Positions 45,689 to 54,156 of a DNA stretch of 64,000 nucleotides are shown here, one piece after another. The stretch is from Dehalococcoidia bacterium (GTDB lineage: Bacteria; Chloroflexota; Dehalococcoidia; Lucifugimonadales; GCA-2712585). The position numbers and the translations under genes are program-made. The stretch's first letter is position 1. The number at the start of each line of letters is the position of its first letter. A model generated the notes under the pieces. That model was not told the origin of the DNA and did not search any database. It worked only from the letters and a program-made list of their open reading frames with translations. The stretch lies in contig CBDFHC010000004.1 in the NCBI GenBank assembly GCA_965247585.1, forward strand, positions 66,554 to 130,553. Reading direction: 5' to 3'.

Positions 45689-46993
45689 CTAGTCCCAGCC
45701 GAAGACTTTTTCGGTGCCGACGAGGGGAACGCGGGCCATGGCAGAGGCTTCCAGGGTGAGGGCAGCCAAGTCCTCGGGCTCCAGGCTGTGGACGTCGCTC
45801 TTGCCGAGGGAGCGGGTGATGAGGGCCAACTCCATGGTCATGGAGTTTAGGAAGTTGGCGACGCGCTGGGCACCTTCGTCCGGGTCCAGCCGTTTCTCAA
45901 GCTCCGGGTCCTGGGTGGTGATACCCACGGGGCACATGCCGGTCTGGCAGTGGTGGCAGGAACCGGCCTTGACGCCGACTTCCTTCTCATAGTCGGCCTC
46001 TGGGATGTCACGGTTGCAGTTGAGGGCGATGAGGGCGGCGATACCGATGGCTACAGCGTCGGCGCCCAAGGCGAGGGCTTTAGCGACGTCGGCGCCGCTA
46101 CGGATGCCACCGGAGGCGATTAGGGTGACTTGGCCGCTGAGGCCAATCTCCCGGAGGGCCTGGCGGGCGAGGACGATGGCGGGAACGGTAGGGATGCCGC
46201 TGTGGTCCAGGAGCACTTCGGCGGAAGCGCCGGTGCCGGCGAGCATGCTATCGATGACGATGGCGTCGGCGCCGGCCTTGGCGGCGAGCTTGACGTCGTC
46301 CTTGACGCGGCATGCGCCCAGCTTGATTTGGATGGGGACGCGCCAATCAGTGGCCTCACGGAGCTGCTCGATCTTCATACCAAGGTCATCGGGGCCAAGC
46401 CAGTCGGGGTGGCGGGTGGGGCTGCGCTGGTCGATGCCGGAGGGCAGGTCGCGCATTTCAGCGATATGGTCGAGGACCTTGACGCCCATGAGCAGACCGC
46501 CGGTGCCGGGCTTGGCGCCCTGGCCAACGCAGATCTCTATGGCGTCAGCAGTGGCGAGGTGGTGTGGGTTGAGGCCGTAGCGGCTGGGGAGCACCTGGTA
46601 GATGAGCTTTTTGGAAGCCTCGCGCTCGGCCGGGAGCATTCCGCCGTCGCCGGTGCAGGTGGCGGTGCCGGCCATGGTGGCGGCCTTGCCCAGGGCCACC
46701 TTGGCGTTGCGAGAGAGGGCGCCGTAGCTCATGCCGGTTATATAAATGGGGGTGTCAATCTCCAAGGGCTGCTCGGCGTAGCGGTGGCCGATGACGGTGG
46801 CGGTGCTGCACTTTTCCTTGTAGCCTTCCAAGGGAAAGCGAGTGAGTCCGGTAGATAGGAAGGTAAGGTCATCAAAGTGGGTGACCTTCTGGAAGGTGCT
46901 GAGGCCGCGGATGCGGTAGCGGCCCAGGTCCGCTTTGGCATGGATGTCTTCGATGGTCCAGGGAGACCATATTTGGCTGCTGCCGGTCACCAT
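45689..46993 (-). CDS. FMN-binding glutamate-synthase-family protein (GltB domain-2 like; NMG synthase MgsC-like)
   Basis: Starts MVTGSSQIWSPWTIEDI. TIM-barrel FMN/Fe-S region (GDGGMLP, GQGAKPGTGG, ASGGIRSG, CHHCQTGMCPVGITTQ). I trimmed to the ATG at 46993 with SD ggagg; the track ORF extends to 47275. Confidence 0.85.
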   Translation of the reverse strand: MVTGSSQIWSPWTIEDIHAKADLGRYRIRGLSTFQKVTHFDDLTFLSTGLTRFPLEGYKEKCSTATVIGHRYAEQPLEIDTPIYITGMSYGALSRNAKVALGKAATMAGTATCTGDGGMLPAEREASKKLIYQVLPSRYGLNPHHLATADAIEICVGQGAKPGTGGLLMGVKVLDHIAEMRDLPSGIDQRSPTRHPDWLGPDDLGMKIEQLREATDWRVPIQIKLGACRVKDDVKLAAKAGADAIVIDSMLAGTGASAEVLLDHSGIPTVPAIVLARQALREIGLSGQVTLIASGGIRSGADVAKALALGADAVAIGIAALIALNCNRDIPEADYEKEVGVKAGSCHHCQTGMCPVGITTQDPELEKRLDPDEGAQRVANFLNSMTMELALITRSLGKSDVHSLEPEDLAALTLEASAMARVPLVGTEKVFGWD

Positions 46994-47039
46994 GCGTCGA
47001 CGCCTCCGGGGAAGTGGTTGTCTAAGATGGAATAGGCCA

Positions 47040-47723
47040 CTAGATGACTCTCTTTTCGTGGCGCTCCAGGGAGTCGAAGTGATAGAGACGTTTTGCGGAT
47101 ACGATCTTCTTGAAGGACTTCCTTTCGGTGACGCCGTGGCGGTCGAGGGCGCTCCAAACGCAGAGAAGGTCGTCTTCGGTGGGGACCTCCAACTTGGCGT
47201 CGCTGCCGAGGGAGCCGATTTCGCCAGCGACGTAGATGACGCCCTCGTACATGGAGTCGCCGACGCCTTCGCCAACGTCGCCGCAGACGATTATGGTGCC
47301 TTTCTGCATCATGAAGCCGGTGACGAAGCCAGCGTTACCCTGGATGATGAGGGTGCCGCCTTTCATGGAGATACCGGCGCGAGCGCCGGCGTTGCCGCCG
47401 ACGAAGACCTCACCGCCGCGGATGGTGGAGGCAACAGAAGCGCCGGCGCTGCCGGAGAGGGAGATCTTGCCGCTCATGAGGTTGTCGCCGAGGGCCCAGC
47501 CGGCGTTGCCGTGGATTTTGACGTCGCAGCCGTCCATAAGGCTGGCGCAGAAATAGCCGACGCTGCCCTCAAAGGTGATTTTAGATGGGTTCAGGATTCC
47601 GACGGCCAGGTTGTGGCGAGCCTGGGGGTTGAGCACCCGAATCTCTTCGTCCTTTTGTGCCAGCTCCTTGATACGGGTGTTGACCTGGCGAGTGGTGAGG
47701 GAGGAGGCGTCTAGATCGCCCAA
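47040..47723 (-). CDS. GXGXG-motif protein (glutamate synthase C-terminal-domain like; MgsB-like)
   Basis: 227 aa with repeated GxxG beta-helix motifs (GNAGWALGDNL, GSAGASVAS, GGNAGARAG, GNAGFVTG, GDVGEGVG). The TTG start overlaps the upstream gene's end. Confidence 0.85.
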   Translation of the reverse strand: MGDLDASSLTTRQVNTRIKELAQKDEEIRVLNPQARHNLAVGILNPSKITFEGSVGYFCASLMDGCDVKIHGNAGWALGDNLMSGKISLSGSAGASVASTIRGGEVFVGGNAGARAGISMKGGTLIIQGNAGFVTGFMMQKGTIIVCGDVGEGVGDSMYEGVIYVAGEIGSLGSDAKLEVPTEDDLLCVWSALDRHGVTERKSFKKIVSAKRLYHFDSLERHEKRVI

Positions 47724-48625
47724 GTCATGACCTTTGACTCCTGGGGATCGGTCCGTTCAATCTCGTCCGGGAAGATGCTGCGGAGGGCGACTTCCTCCGA
47801 GGCGAGGGCGATAACGTCATCGGTCTCCATGAGCACCAGGGGCTTGGCGGCCCACCGGTCCTTGGCGACGCCGAGGCCGTCTTTGGTGGAGACGAGGTAG
47901 GTGAAGGTGCCGTCCAGGTCTTTCTGGGAGTCTCCCAGGGACTCTTGGAGGGAGGCGCCACGGGACAGGCGGTCGGCCAGGTAAACGGCGATGAGCTCGG
48001 AGTCGTTTCCGGTCTGGAAGCGGTGACCCATGTCCATGTAGTCGCGCTTCATACGGTGGTAGTTGGTGAGCTGGCCGTTGTGGACGACGGTTATGTCAGG
48101 GAAGGGATAGGCCCAGAAGGGGTGGGCGTGGGTAATGTCAACGCGGCTCTCGGTGGCCATGCGTACGTGACCGATCCCGTGGGTGCCGGTCATGGCGGAG
48201 ACGTGGTGCCTGCGCTCCAAGGCGGCGCCGGTGCCCACGTCTTTGACGACTTCGGAGCAGTGGCCGATGCTGTGGAGCTCGACGCCGTCGATGTCCATGA
48301 GGTGCTGGGCCAGTTCCCGAGTCTCGCCCTCGAAGTTGATGGCGAGGCGGAGGTACTCGTCCACGGCGCTACGGTGGGCAATGACACCGCCGCGGGCAGC
48401 GACCAGCTCATCCACGCGTCGGAAGCGGTCCTGATAGTCGCCGGAGGGATCAGACCAGATGCGAACGATGAGGTCAGCGTTGACGGCTTCGCCACAGACG
48501 GTGACGCCGGTGGAGTCCATGCCTCTGTGGGCCATGGCGTCCATCATTTTAACAAGCTGCGCGCCGACGGGCGCCAGGTGACCCGCGCCGGACTTTTTAT
48601 AGAGGATTCCGCCGATACCGCACAT
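47711..48625 (-). CDS. Class-II glutamine amidotransferase (GltB domain-1 like; MgsA-like)
   Basis: Starts MCGIGG, giving the N-terminal nucleophile Cys directly after Met. I trimmed the track ORF (to 48679) to this ATG, which follows SD ggag. Confidence 0.85.
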   Translation of the reverse strand: MCGIGGILYKKSGAGHLAPVGAQLVKMMDAMAHRGMDSTGVTVCGEAVNADLIVRIWSDPSGDYQDRFRRVDELVAARGGVIAHRSAVDEYLRLAINFEGETRELAQHLMDIDGVELHSIGHCSEVVKDVGTGAALERRHHVSAMTGTHGIGHVRMATESRVDITHAHPFWAYPFPDITVVHNGQLTNYHRMKRDYMDMGHRFQTGNDSELIAVYLADRLSRGASLQESLGDSQKDLDGTFTYLVSTKDGLGVAKDRWAAKPLVLMETDDVIALASEEVALRSIFPDEIERTDPQESKVMTWAI

Positions 48626-48816
48626 GCTAGACTCCGGATTTGAGGTGCCCCGGTGAACGTCCAAGGGGTAGTCTAGCACAGCCCCGAATTGGGTGGTAGA
48701 CGATGGGGAAGGAGAGCAGCGGTTGGCAGGGGAAGCGAGCTTGGATAAGATGGAGCAGGCGTGAAGCGGTTCCGTGAAACGGCTGCGCCAGAGATACTAC
48801 TAAAAGGAAGCAGGCG

Positions 48817-49704
48817 ATGGAGAGAGATTTTGTAGGGTACGGCCCGAATCCGCCGCGGACGGAGTGGCCAGACGGAGCGCGGATAGCAATCTCGCTGGCG
48901 CTGGCGTACGAGGAGGGGTCCGAGTATTCGCTGCTGGACGGGGACCCGCACCGGGAGCCGACGGGGGAGGTGACTTCGCCGGTGGCAACGAGCGAACGGG
49001 ACCTGGTGAGCGAGTCGTTCTTCGAATATGGGAGCCGGGTAGGGGTGTGGAGGCTGTTGGACGTGCTGGAGGAGAACCAGGTGAAGGGGACGTGGTTCTG
49101 CACGGGGCTGGCGCTGGAGCGGAACCCGCAGGTGGGGAGGGAGATTGTACGGCGAGGCCACGATATTGTGGGACACGGGTACCGGTGGGTGGAGGTGTTC
49201 AAGATGGACCGGGACGCGGAGCGGGAGGACATGCGGAAGGCGGTGGAGGCGATTGAGCGAATTACCGGAGAGAGGCCGCTGGGGTGGCACAACCGGTACG
49301 CGCACAGCGTGAACACCCGGGAGCTGGTGGTGGAGGAGGGAGGGTTCCTGTACGACAGCAATGCGTATAACGACGACATACCCTATTTTGTGACGGTGTC
49401 CGGGAAGAAGTGGCTGATAGTGCCGTACTCGTTCGATACGAACGACGGCAAGACGTACCGGGGGTCGCTCGGGGTGGCGGAGTACTACAAATCGCTGGTG
49501 GATACGTTCGACCGGCTGTACGAAGAGGGGGCGACGCGGCCGAAGATGATGTCAGTGGGGATTCACCCAAGGGTGACAGGGCGGCCAGGGAAGGCAAAGG
49601 TACTGGGACAGTTCATCCAGTACGCGAAGAGCCACCCGAAGGTGTGGTTCGCGCGGAGGGGCGATATTGCCAAGTGGTGGTGGGCACAGTACGGGCAGGG
49701 CTAG
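48817..49704 (+). CDS. Polysaccharide-deacetylase-fold protein, PuuE-type allantoinase-like
   Basis: RDFVGYGPNPPRTEWPDGARIAISLALAYEEGSEYSLLDGD closely follows the PuuE N-terminal pattern. SD aaggaag. Confidence 0.65.
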   Translation: MERDFVGYGPNPPRTEWPDGARIAISLALAYEEGSEYSLLDGDPHREPTGEVTSPVATSERDLVSESFFEYGSRVGVWRLLDVLEENQVKGTWFCTGLALERNPQVGREIVRRGHDIVGHGYRWVEVFKMDRDAEREDMRKAVEAIERITGERPLGWHNRYAHSVNTRELVVEEGGFLYDSNAYNDDIPYFVTVSGKKWLIVPYSFDTNDGKTYRGSLGVAEYYKSLVDTFDRLYEEGATRPKMMSVGIHPRVTGRPGKAKVLGQFIQYAKSHPKVWFARRGDIAKWWWAQYGQG

Positions 49705-49848
49705 AGGGAATCGCCCACGGCTGTTGAGACCGGCGCCACCAGGGACGAAAAACCAGGGTTACATTTCACCACCTGCTCATCTGGACCGATGGAAAGCGGT
49801 ATGGGCTCGTCCTTCGAGAGCCTCAGGATGAACGGGTTGGATGTGTAG
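49702..49848 (+). repeat. Intergenic repeat cluster 23 (F, C-mid)
   Basis: F begins at the stop codon of the preceding gene (tagagggaatcgcccacggctgttgagaccggcgccaccagggacgaa). C-mid 49796-49848. Confidence 0.85.
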
Positions 49849-49916
49849 TCATGGTGAATTAGGACGGACTGGAAGCATATTTTCGGGAAAGTTCAAGGGA
49901 AGCGAGGGGTGAAAGC

Positions 49917-51581
49917 ATGGCTCGAATGACCGGACGGCGAGCGCTGATGGAGATGCTCCGGGCGGAAGGCGTGGAGTACGTATTCGGGAACCCGGGCACA
50001 TCAGAGAGCCCAATCATGGAGGCGCTGGAGCACTACCCCGAAATACGGTACGTGCTGGCGACGCAGGAGGGGGTGGCGATGGGGATGGCGGACGGGCTGG
50101 CCACGGCGACGGGGAAGCCGTCATTCGTCAATCTGCACATAGAGACGGGGCTGGCGAACGGAATCAGCCTGCTGCAACACGCCATGGACGGGGGGACGCC
50201 GCTGGTGCTGACGTCAGGGAATAAGGACATACGAGGGCTGGCGGAAGGGCGGACGGAGCTGCCCGAATTGACGAAGCTGTTCACCAAGTGGAGTGTGGAA
50301 GCGACGCACGCGGAGCAGGTGCCGGGGGTGCTGCGGCGGGCGTTCACGGAGGCGAAGACGCCACCGATGGGACCAGTGTTCGTGGGGTTCTCGGCGAACG
50401 CGCTGGACGACGAAGGGGAGATGGAGATTGTGGCGTCGGGCAAGAGCTATGGGCAGACGTCGCCGGACCCAAGCGCGGTGGAAGCGGCGGCGGAGATCTT
50501 GGCCAGCGCGTCCAACCCGTACATGGTAGTGGGGGACCGGCTGGCGCAGTCGGGAGGAGCGGAGGAGGCGGTGCGGCTGGCGGAGTTGGTGGGGGCGAAG
50601 GTGTACGCGGCGACGTACGGGCAGATGAATTTTCCCACGGGGCACCCGCAGTTCATGGGAAGGTTTAACCCGGGGATGCCGGGGTCGCGGGAGCTGCAGG
50701 CGCCTTCGGACGCGGTGGTGGCGGTGGGGGTGAACGTTTTCCCCGGGTTTTTCCACTTCACTGGGAGGTATTTGACCGCCGACACCAAGCTGATTCACGT
50801 GGACTCGGCGTTGCGGGAGATAGGGAAGAGCGAGCCGACGGACGTGGGGATTCACGGGGACCCGAGGGCGGCGCTGCGGGAAATGGCGGCGGCGGTGGAG
50901 GAGCGGATGCCGGGGCGGGCGAAGGACTTGACGAAGGCGCGGCGGGCGACCATTGGGGAGGAGAAGGCGACGCAGAAGGCGTCGCGGGAGAGCCGGGCGA
51001 GGGAGCGGTGGAAGCAGCGTCCGATGCCGCCAGAGCGGATGATGTACGAGCTAGCCCAGGCGATGCCGAAGGACGGCATTATAGTAGACGACTCGATCTC
51101 ATCTAAGGACGCGCTGCACGGGGCGCTGGAGTTCAACGAGCCGGGCAGTATCTACGGCGAGCGGGGCGGGGCGCTAGGGTGGGGTATGGGAGGGGTGATG
51201 GGGGTTAAGCTGGCGAATCCCGGCAGGCCGGTGGTGGGGGTGCTGGGGGACGTCACGGCGATGATGACGGTGCAGGGGCTGTGGACGGCGGCGAACGAGG
51301 GAATTCCGGCGGTGTGGGCGATCTGCAACAACGCGTCGTACCGGATCCTGAAGCTGAACATGGACAGGTACCAGCGGCACATGCTGGGAGTGGAGGCGCC
51401 GCAGAGCAAATATATAGGGATGGACTTCCCAATGCCGTTGAACCTGGCGGGGATGGCGGAGGCGATGGGGGTGTACGGAAAGACGATTGATAACCCGGAG
51501 CAGATTGGCCCGGAGCTTAGGCGAGCGTTGGACTCGGGAAAGCCGGCGATGCTGGACGTAGTGATTGATGGGGCAGTGTAA
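49917..51581 (+). CDS. Thiamine-diphosphate-dependent enzyme (acetolactate synthase / benzoylformate decarboxylase-like)
   Basis: 554 aa. N-terminal pyrimidine-binding domain (VFGNPGTSE) and C-terminal TPP motif (GDVTAMMTVQGLWTAANEGIPAVWAICNN). Confidence 0.85.
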   Translation: MARMTGRRALMEMLRAEGVEYVFGNPGTSESPIMEALEHYPEIRYVLATQEGVAMGMADGLATATGKPSFVNLHIETGLANGISLLQHAMDGGTPLVLTSGNKDIRGLAEGRTELPELTKLFTKWSVEATHAEQVPGVLRRAFTEAKTPPMGPVFVGFSANALDDEGEMEIVASGKSYGQTSPDPSAVEAAAEILASASNPYMVVGDRLAQSGGAEEAVRLAELVGAKVYAATYGQMNFPTGHPQFMGRFNPGMPGSRELQAPSDAVVAVGVNVFPGFFHFTGRYLTADTKLIHVDSALREIGKSEPTDVGIHGDPRAALREMAAAVEERMPGRAKDLTKARRATIGEEKATQKASRESRARERWKQRPMPPERMMYELAQAMPKDGIIVDDSISSKDALHGALEFNEPGSIYGERGGALGWGMGGVMGVKLANPGRPVVGVLGDVTAMMTVQGLWTAANEGIPAVWAICNNASYRILKLNMDRYQRHMLGVEAPQSKYIGMDFPMPLNLAGMAEAMGVYGKTIDNPEQIGPELRRALDSGKPAMLDVVIDGAV

Positions 51582-51604
51582 CATGAAGAGAATCACCCTT
51601 TCCG

Positions 51605-51752
51605 GCGGGTATGAGCACCGCAGAGGACTGCGAAGCACAGGTTGGTGTTTCCCACACACGACCACCCAGTGAGGTCGAATTTCTGAGGGACACCCTCAGA
51701 CTCCCGGCAGAAGGGCTGTGCCCCTCTGCACTCCCCCTAGTTGGGCGCAGAT
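51605..51752 (+). repeat. Intergenic repeat cluster 24 (A, B)
   Basis: Shares its subfamily with cluster 15 (cacgaccacccagtgaggt ... ctagttgggcgcagat). B hairpin 2 at 51707-51729. Confidence 0.9.
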
Positions 51753-51903
51753 GGTACAGGACAGGAACCTGAACGTGCACACTTACAACGAGGAGCTGGC
51801 GAACCAGCTATATGGCAGGTCGGCGGGGTAGGTCCCGGCGCTGCGGAGGCTTGTTGGGGAGTTGGAGGGCGACGAGGAGGGAGGAGAGCCGGTCTGAGTG
51901 AAA

Positions 51904-52314
51904 CTACGGTCGGAACCAATTCTCCACGAGAAGCTCCGGCACACGGCTGAAGTGGCGGACGTTTCCCGTGACCACCGTAAGTCCGTGCGCCAGTGCGATG
52001 GCGGCGATGCGGATGTCAGAGTCACCGATGGGGGTGCCGGCGCGGGCCAGTCCGGCCCTAATCTCACCGTAGAGCTGAGCGGACGAGGTGTCGAAGGGGA
52101 GCACAGGAAGATTCGCCAGGACCTCGTTTTCTATCTTACTGATTGCCTCTGGGTCCCTGGCTTCCACTCGAAAGGCACCATAATAGAGCTCGCCCACAGT
52201 GATGGAAGAGGTAAACTGCAACTGGGCAGGCACGCTGACCAGCCTATTTCTAAGAATGGGAGAAGGCGAGCGGTGGGAGAGGTTAATAAGAATGTCGGTG
52301 TCGAGAAGGTACAT
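51904..52314 (-). CDS. vapC: PIN-domain ribonuclease toxin (VapC-like)
   Basis: 136 aa. MYLLDTDILI provides the first acidic PIN residue, with later conserved acidic positions. Its ATG overlaps the antitoxin stop (TAATG). Confidence 0.85.
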   Translation of the reverse strand: MYLLDTDILINLSHRSPSPILRNRLVSVPAQLQFTSSITVGELYYGAFRVEARDPEAISKIENEVLANLPVLPFDTSSAQLYGEIRAGLARAGTPIGDSDIRIAAIALAHGLTVVTGNVRHFSRVPELLVENWFRP

Positions 52315-52604
52315 TACTCCTCTAGGTTGACCGGTCTCCCAAGGTCCTCCTCACGGCTACGGTAGATATCCTCAACCAGTTCATCAAGCACATCGTCACC
52401 GACGTCGCGCCATAAGCCCACCAAGGCGAGGGCGCCCCGGGGCGGCCTGGGGTTAGCGCGGTAAAGCTCTAGGAATTGCAGGTCTTCCATGCTTACCAGA
52501 GCGGCCGTGGGCTTGCCTCGCTTCTCGATGACGATGCGCTCTTTGCCGTAGGCGGCTCGGGCTACGAGGTCAGATAGCTGGGCTTTGGCTTGGGCCGCAG
52601 GCAC
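52314..52604 (-). CDS. Phd/YefM-type antitoxin
   Basis: AQAKAQLSDLVARAAYGKERIVIEKRGKPTAALVSMEDLQFLE is the typical Phd/YefM N-terminal fold pattern. GTG start at 52604; an upstream CTG is possible. Confidence 0.75.
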   Translation of the reverse strand: MPAAQAKAQLSDLVARAAYGKERIVIEKRGKPTAALVSMEDLQFLELYRANPRPPRGALALVGLWRDVGDDVLDELVEDIYRSREEDLGRPVNLEE

Positions 52605-52640
52605 TTTGTTCAGATTCGTTATGACCCCGCTTATTGGTCG

Positions 52641-52652
52641 AATTGGCCAATT
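52641..52652. promoter_or_regulatory. Perfect 12-bp palindrome, candidate antitoxin operator
   Basis: aattggccaatt lies 37-48 nt upstream of the antitoxin start. Type II TA operons are commonly autoregulated through palindromic operators. Confidence 0.3.
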
Positions 52653-52675
52653 GGACCAAGTATATCATCACCGGG

Positions 52676-52790
52676 GAATCAGCTATAGCGATGGGTAGTG
52701 TCACCACGAAGGGCTGAAATTCGAAGGTTGGTGGTGCCCGCTCCCCTTCGAGGGCCTTCGGATGAGCGGGCATGGAGGGCTGAAGGTTTT
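52676..52790 (+). repeat. Intergenic repeat cluster 25 (A fused to the C-mid 3' part)
   Basis: gaatcagctatagcgatgggtagtgtcaccacgaagggctgaaattcgaaggttggtggtgccc joined to gctccccttcgagggccttcggatgagcggg. Confidence 0.85.
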
Positions 52791-53009
52791 ATTTTTAGGC
52801 GAATTTCTTGAGCTGAACCGGCAGATGTGCGTACCGGCAGGGTATCCGGGGTATCGGGTGTTTGCTAAGATGTCCGCGCCCTATAGGGAACGGGCAGGGT
52901 TGAAAGACAGTAGAGGCCGGCGGCGGGGCCAGCACCCAAAGAGGTGCGGCGGAAGACTATGACGATGGCACCAGCTAAAAAGCCGGTCCGATGTTGGAGG
53001 TAGCCGAAG

Positions 53010-54131
53010 ATGAACGGTGAGACGGCGGAGGTAGTTATTGTTGGGGGAGGGATTGTGGGGGTGAGCACGGCGTACCTGCTGGGGAAGGCGGGGGTGAAGG
53101 GCGTGGTGGTGGAGCGGGACTCGATTGGGAGCCATGCTTCGGGGTTTGCGTATGGGGGGATTGGGGGTAGCGGGGTGCCGGAGCCGATGGCCCCGATTGG
53201 CCGGGAGGGGTGGAAGCTGCATAACGAGTTCGCCAAGACGCTGCCGGAATCCACGGGGATAAATTTTGATTTCCGGTACAGGTCCTCTATGTACTTGGCG
53301 TTTAACCAAGCGGAGGTTGACGGGCTAAAGGCGTCGCTGCCGTGGCGGCTAGGGGAGCCGGGAGCCAAGATTCGGTGGCTCAGCGGCGATGAGGCGCGGA
53401 AATTGGAGCCACGGGTTTCGCCGGAGGCCATTGGGGCGCTGGTGGACGAGTTGCAGGCAGACCTGGAACCGTACCGGCTTAGCCTGGCATTGACGCAAGA
53501 GGCGGAGAAGCTGGGGGCCACGGTGCGGCACGGAAACGTGAAGGGTCTGAAGAGGCAAGGCCGGAAGGTGACGGCGGTGGTGCTGGAAAGCGGGGAGATA
53601 GCGTGCGACCGGGTGGTGCTGGCGATGGGGCCGTGGAGCGCGGAGGCGTCGGAGTGGCTGGGGGTGCCGATCGAGATTAGGCCGCTGAAGGGTCAGATAC
53701 TGCGGCTACAGGCGCCGGGTGCGCCGGTGCAGTGCTCGGTTGGATGGTCGGGGAATTACGCGATCACCAAACCGGACGGGCTGCTGTGGGCGGGCACCAC
53801 GGAGGAGGAAGTGGGGTTTGACGAGAACCCCAGCAGCGAGGCGCGGGACAATATCATGGCGTCGGTGATCAAGACGATGCCGTTCATGATAGACGCTCGG
53901 CTGGCGCAGCATACGGCGTGTCTGCGTCCGCTGGCGTCGGACGGCGTGCTAGTGCTTGGAGAGGCGCCGGGATGGGAGGGTGTTTACGTGGGAACAGGAG
54001 CGGGGCGGCAGGGCATCCGGTTGGGGCCCGGTATGGCGCGGGTGATTGTGGACTTGATTACAAAAGGGAGCACCGATCTGCCGATTAAGGCGTTTGACCC
54101 AGGGCGGTTTGCGACGTCCCCAATTGGCTAG
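53010..54131 (+). CDS. FAD-dependent oxidoreductase (DAO family), copy 3
   Basis: 373 aa with the N-terminal motif VVIVGGGIVGVSTAYLLGKAG. SD ggaggt. Confidence 0.8.
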   Translation: MNGETAEVVIVGGGIVGVSTAYLLGKAGVKGVVVERDSIGSHASGFAYGGIGGSGVPEPMAPIGREGWKLHNEFAKTLPESTGINFDFRYRSSMYLAFNQAEVDGLKASLPWRLGEPGAKIRWLSGDEARKLEPRVSPEAIGALVDELQADLEPYRLSLALTQEAEKLGATVRHGNVKGLKRQGRKVTAVVLESGEIACDRVVLAMGPWSAEASEWLGVPIEIRPLKGQILRLQAPGAPVQCSVGWSGNYAITKPDGLLWAGTTEEEVGFDENPSSEARDNIMASVIKTMPFMIDARLAQHTACLRPLASDGVLVLGEAPGWEGVYVGTGAGRQGIRLGPGMARVIVDLITKGSTDLPIKAFDPGRFATSPIG

Positions 54132-54156
54132 TTGATCCGAAGGCCGCCGTCAGGGG

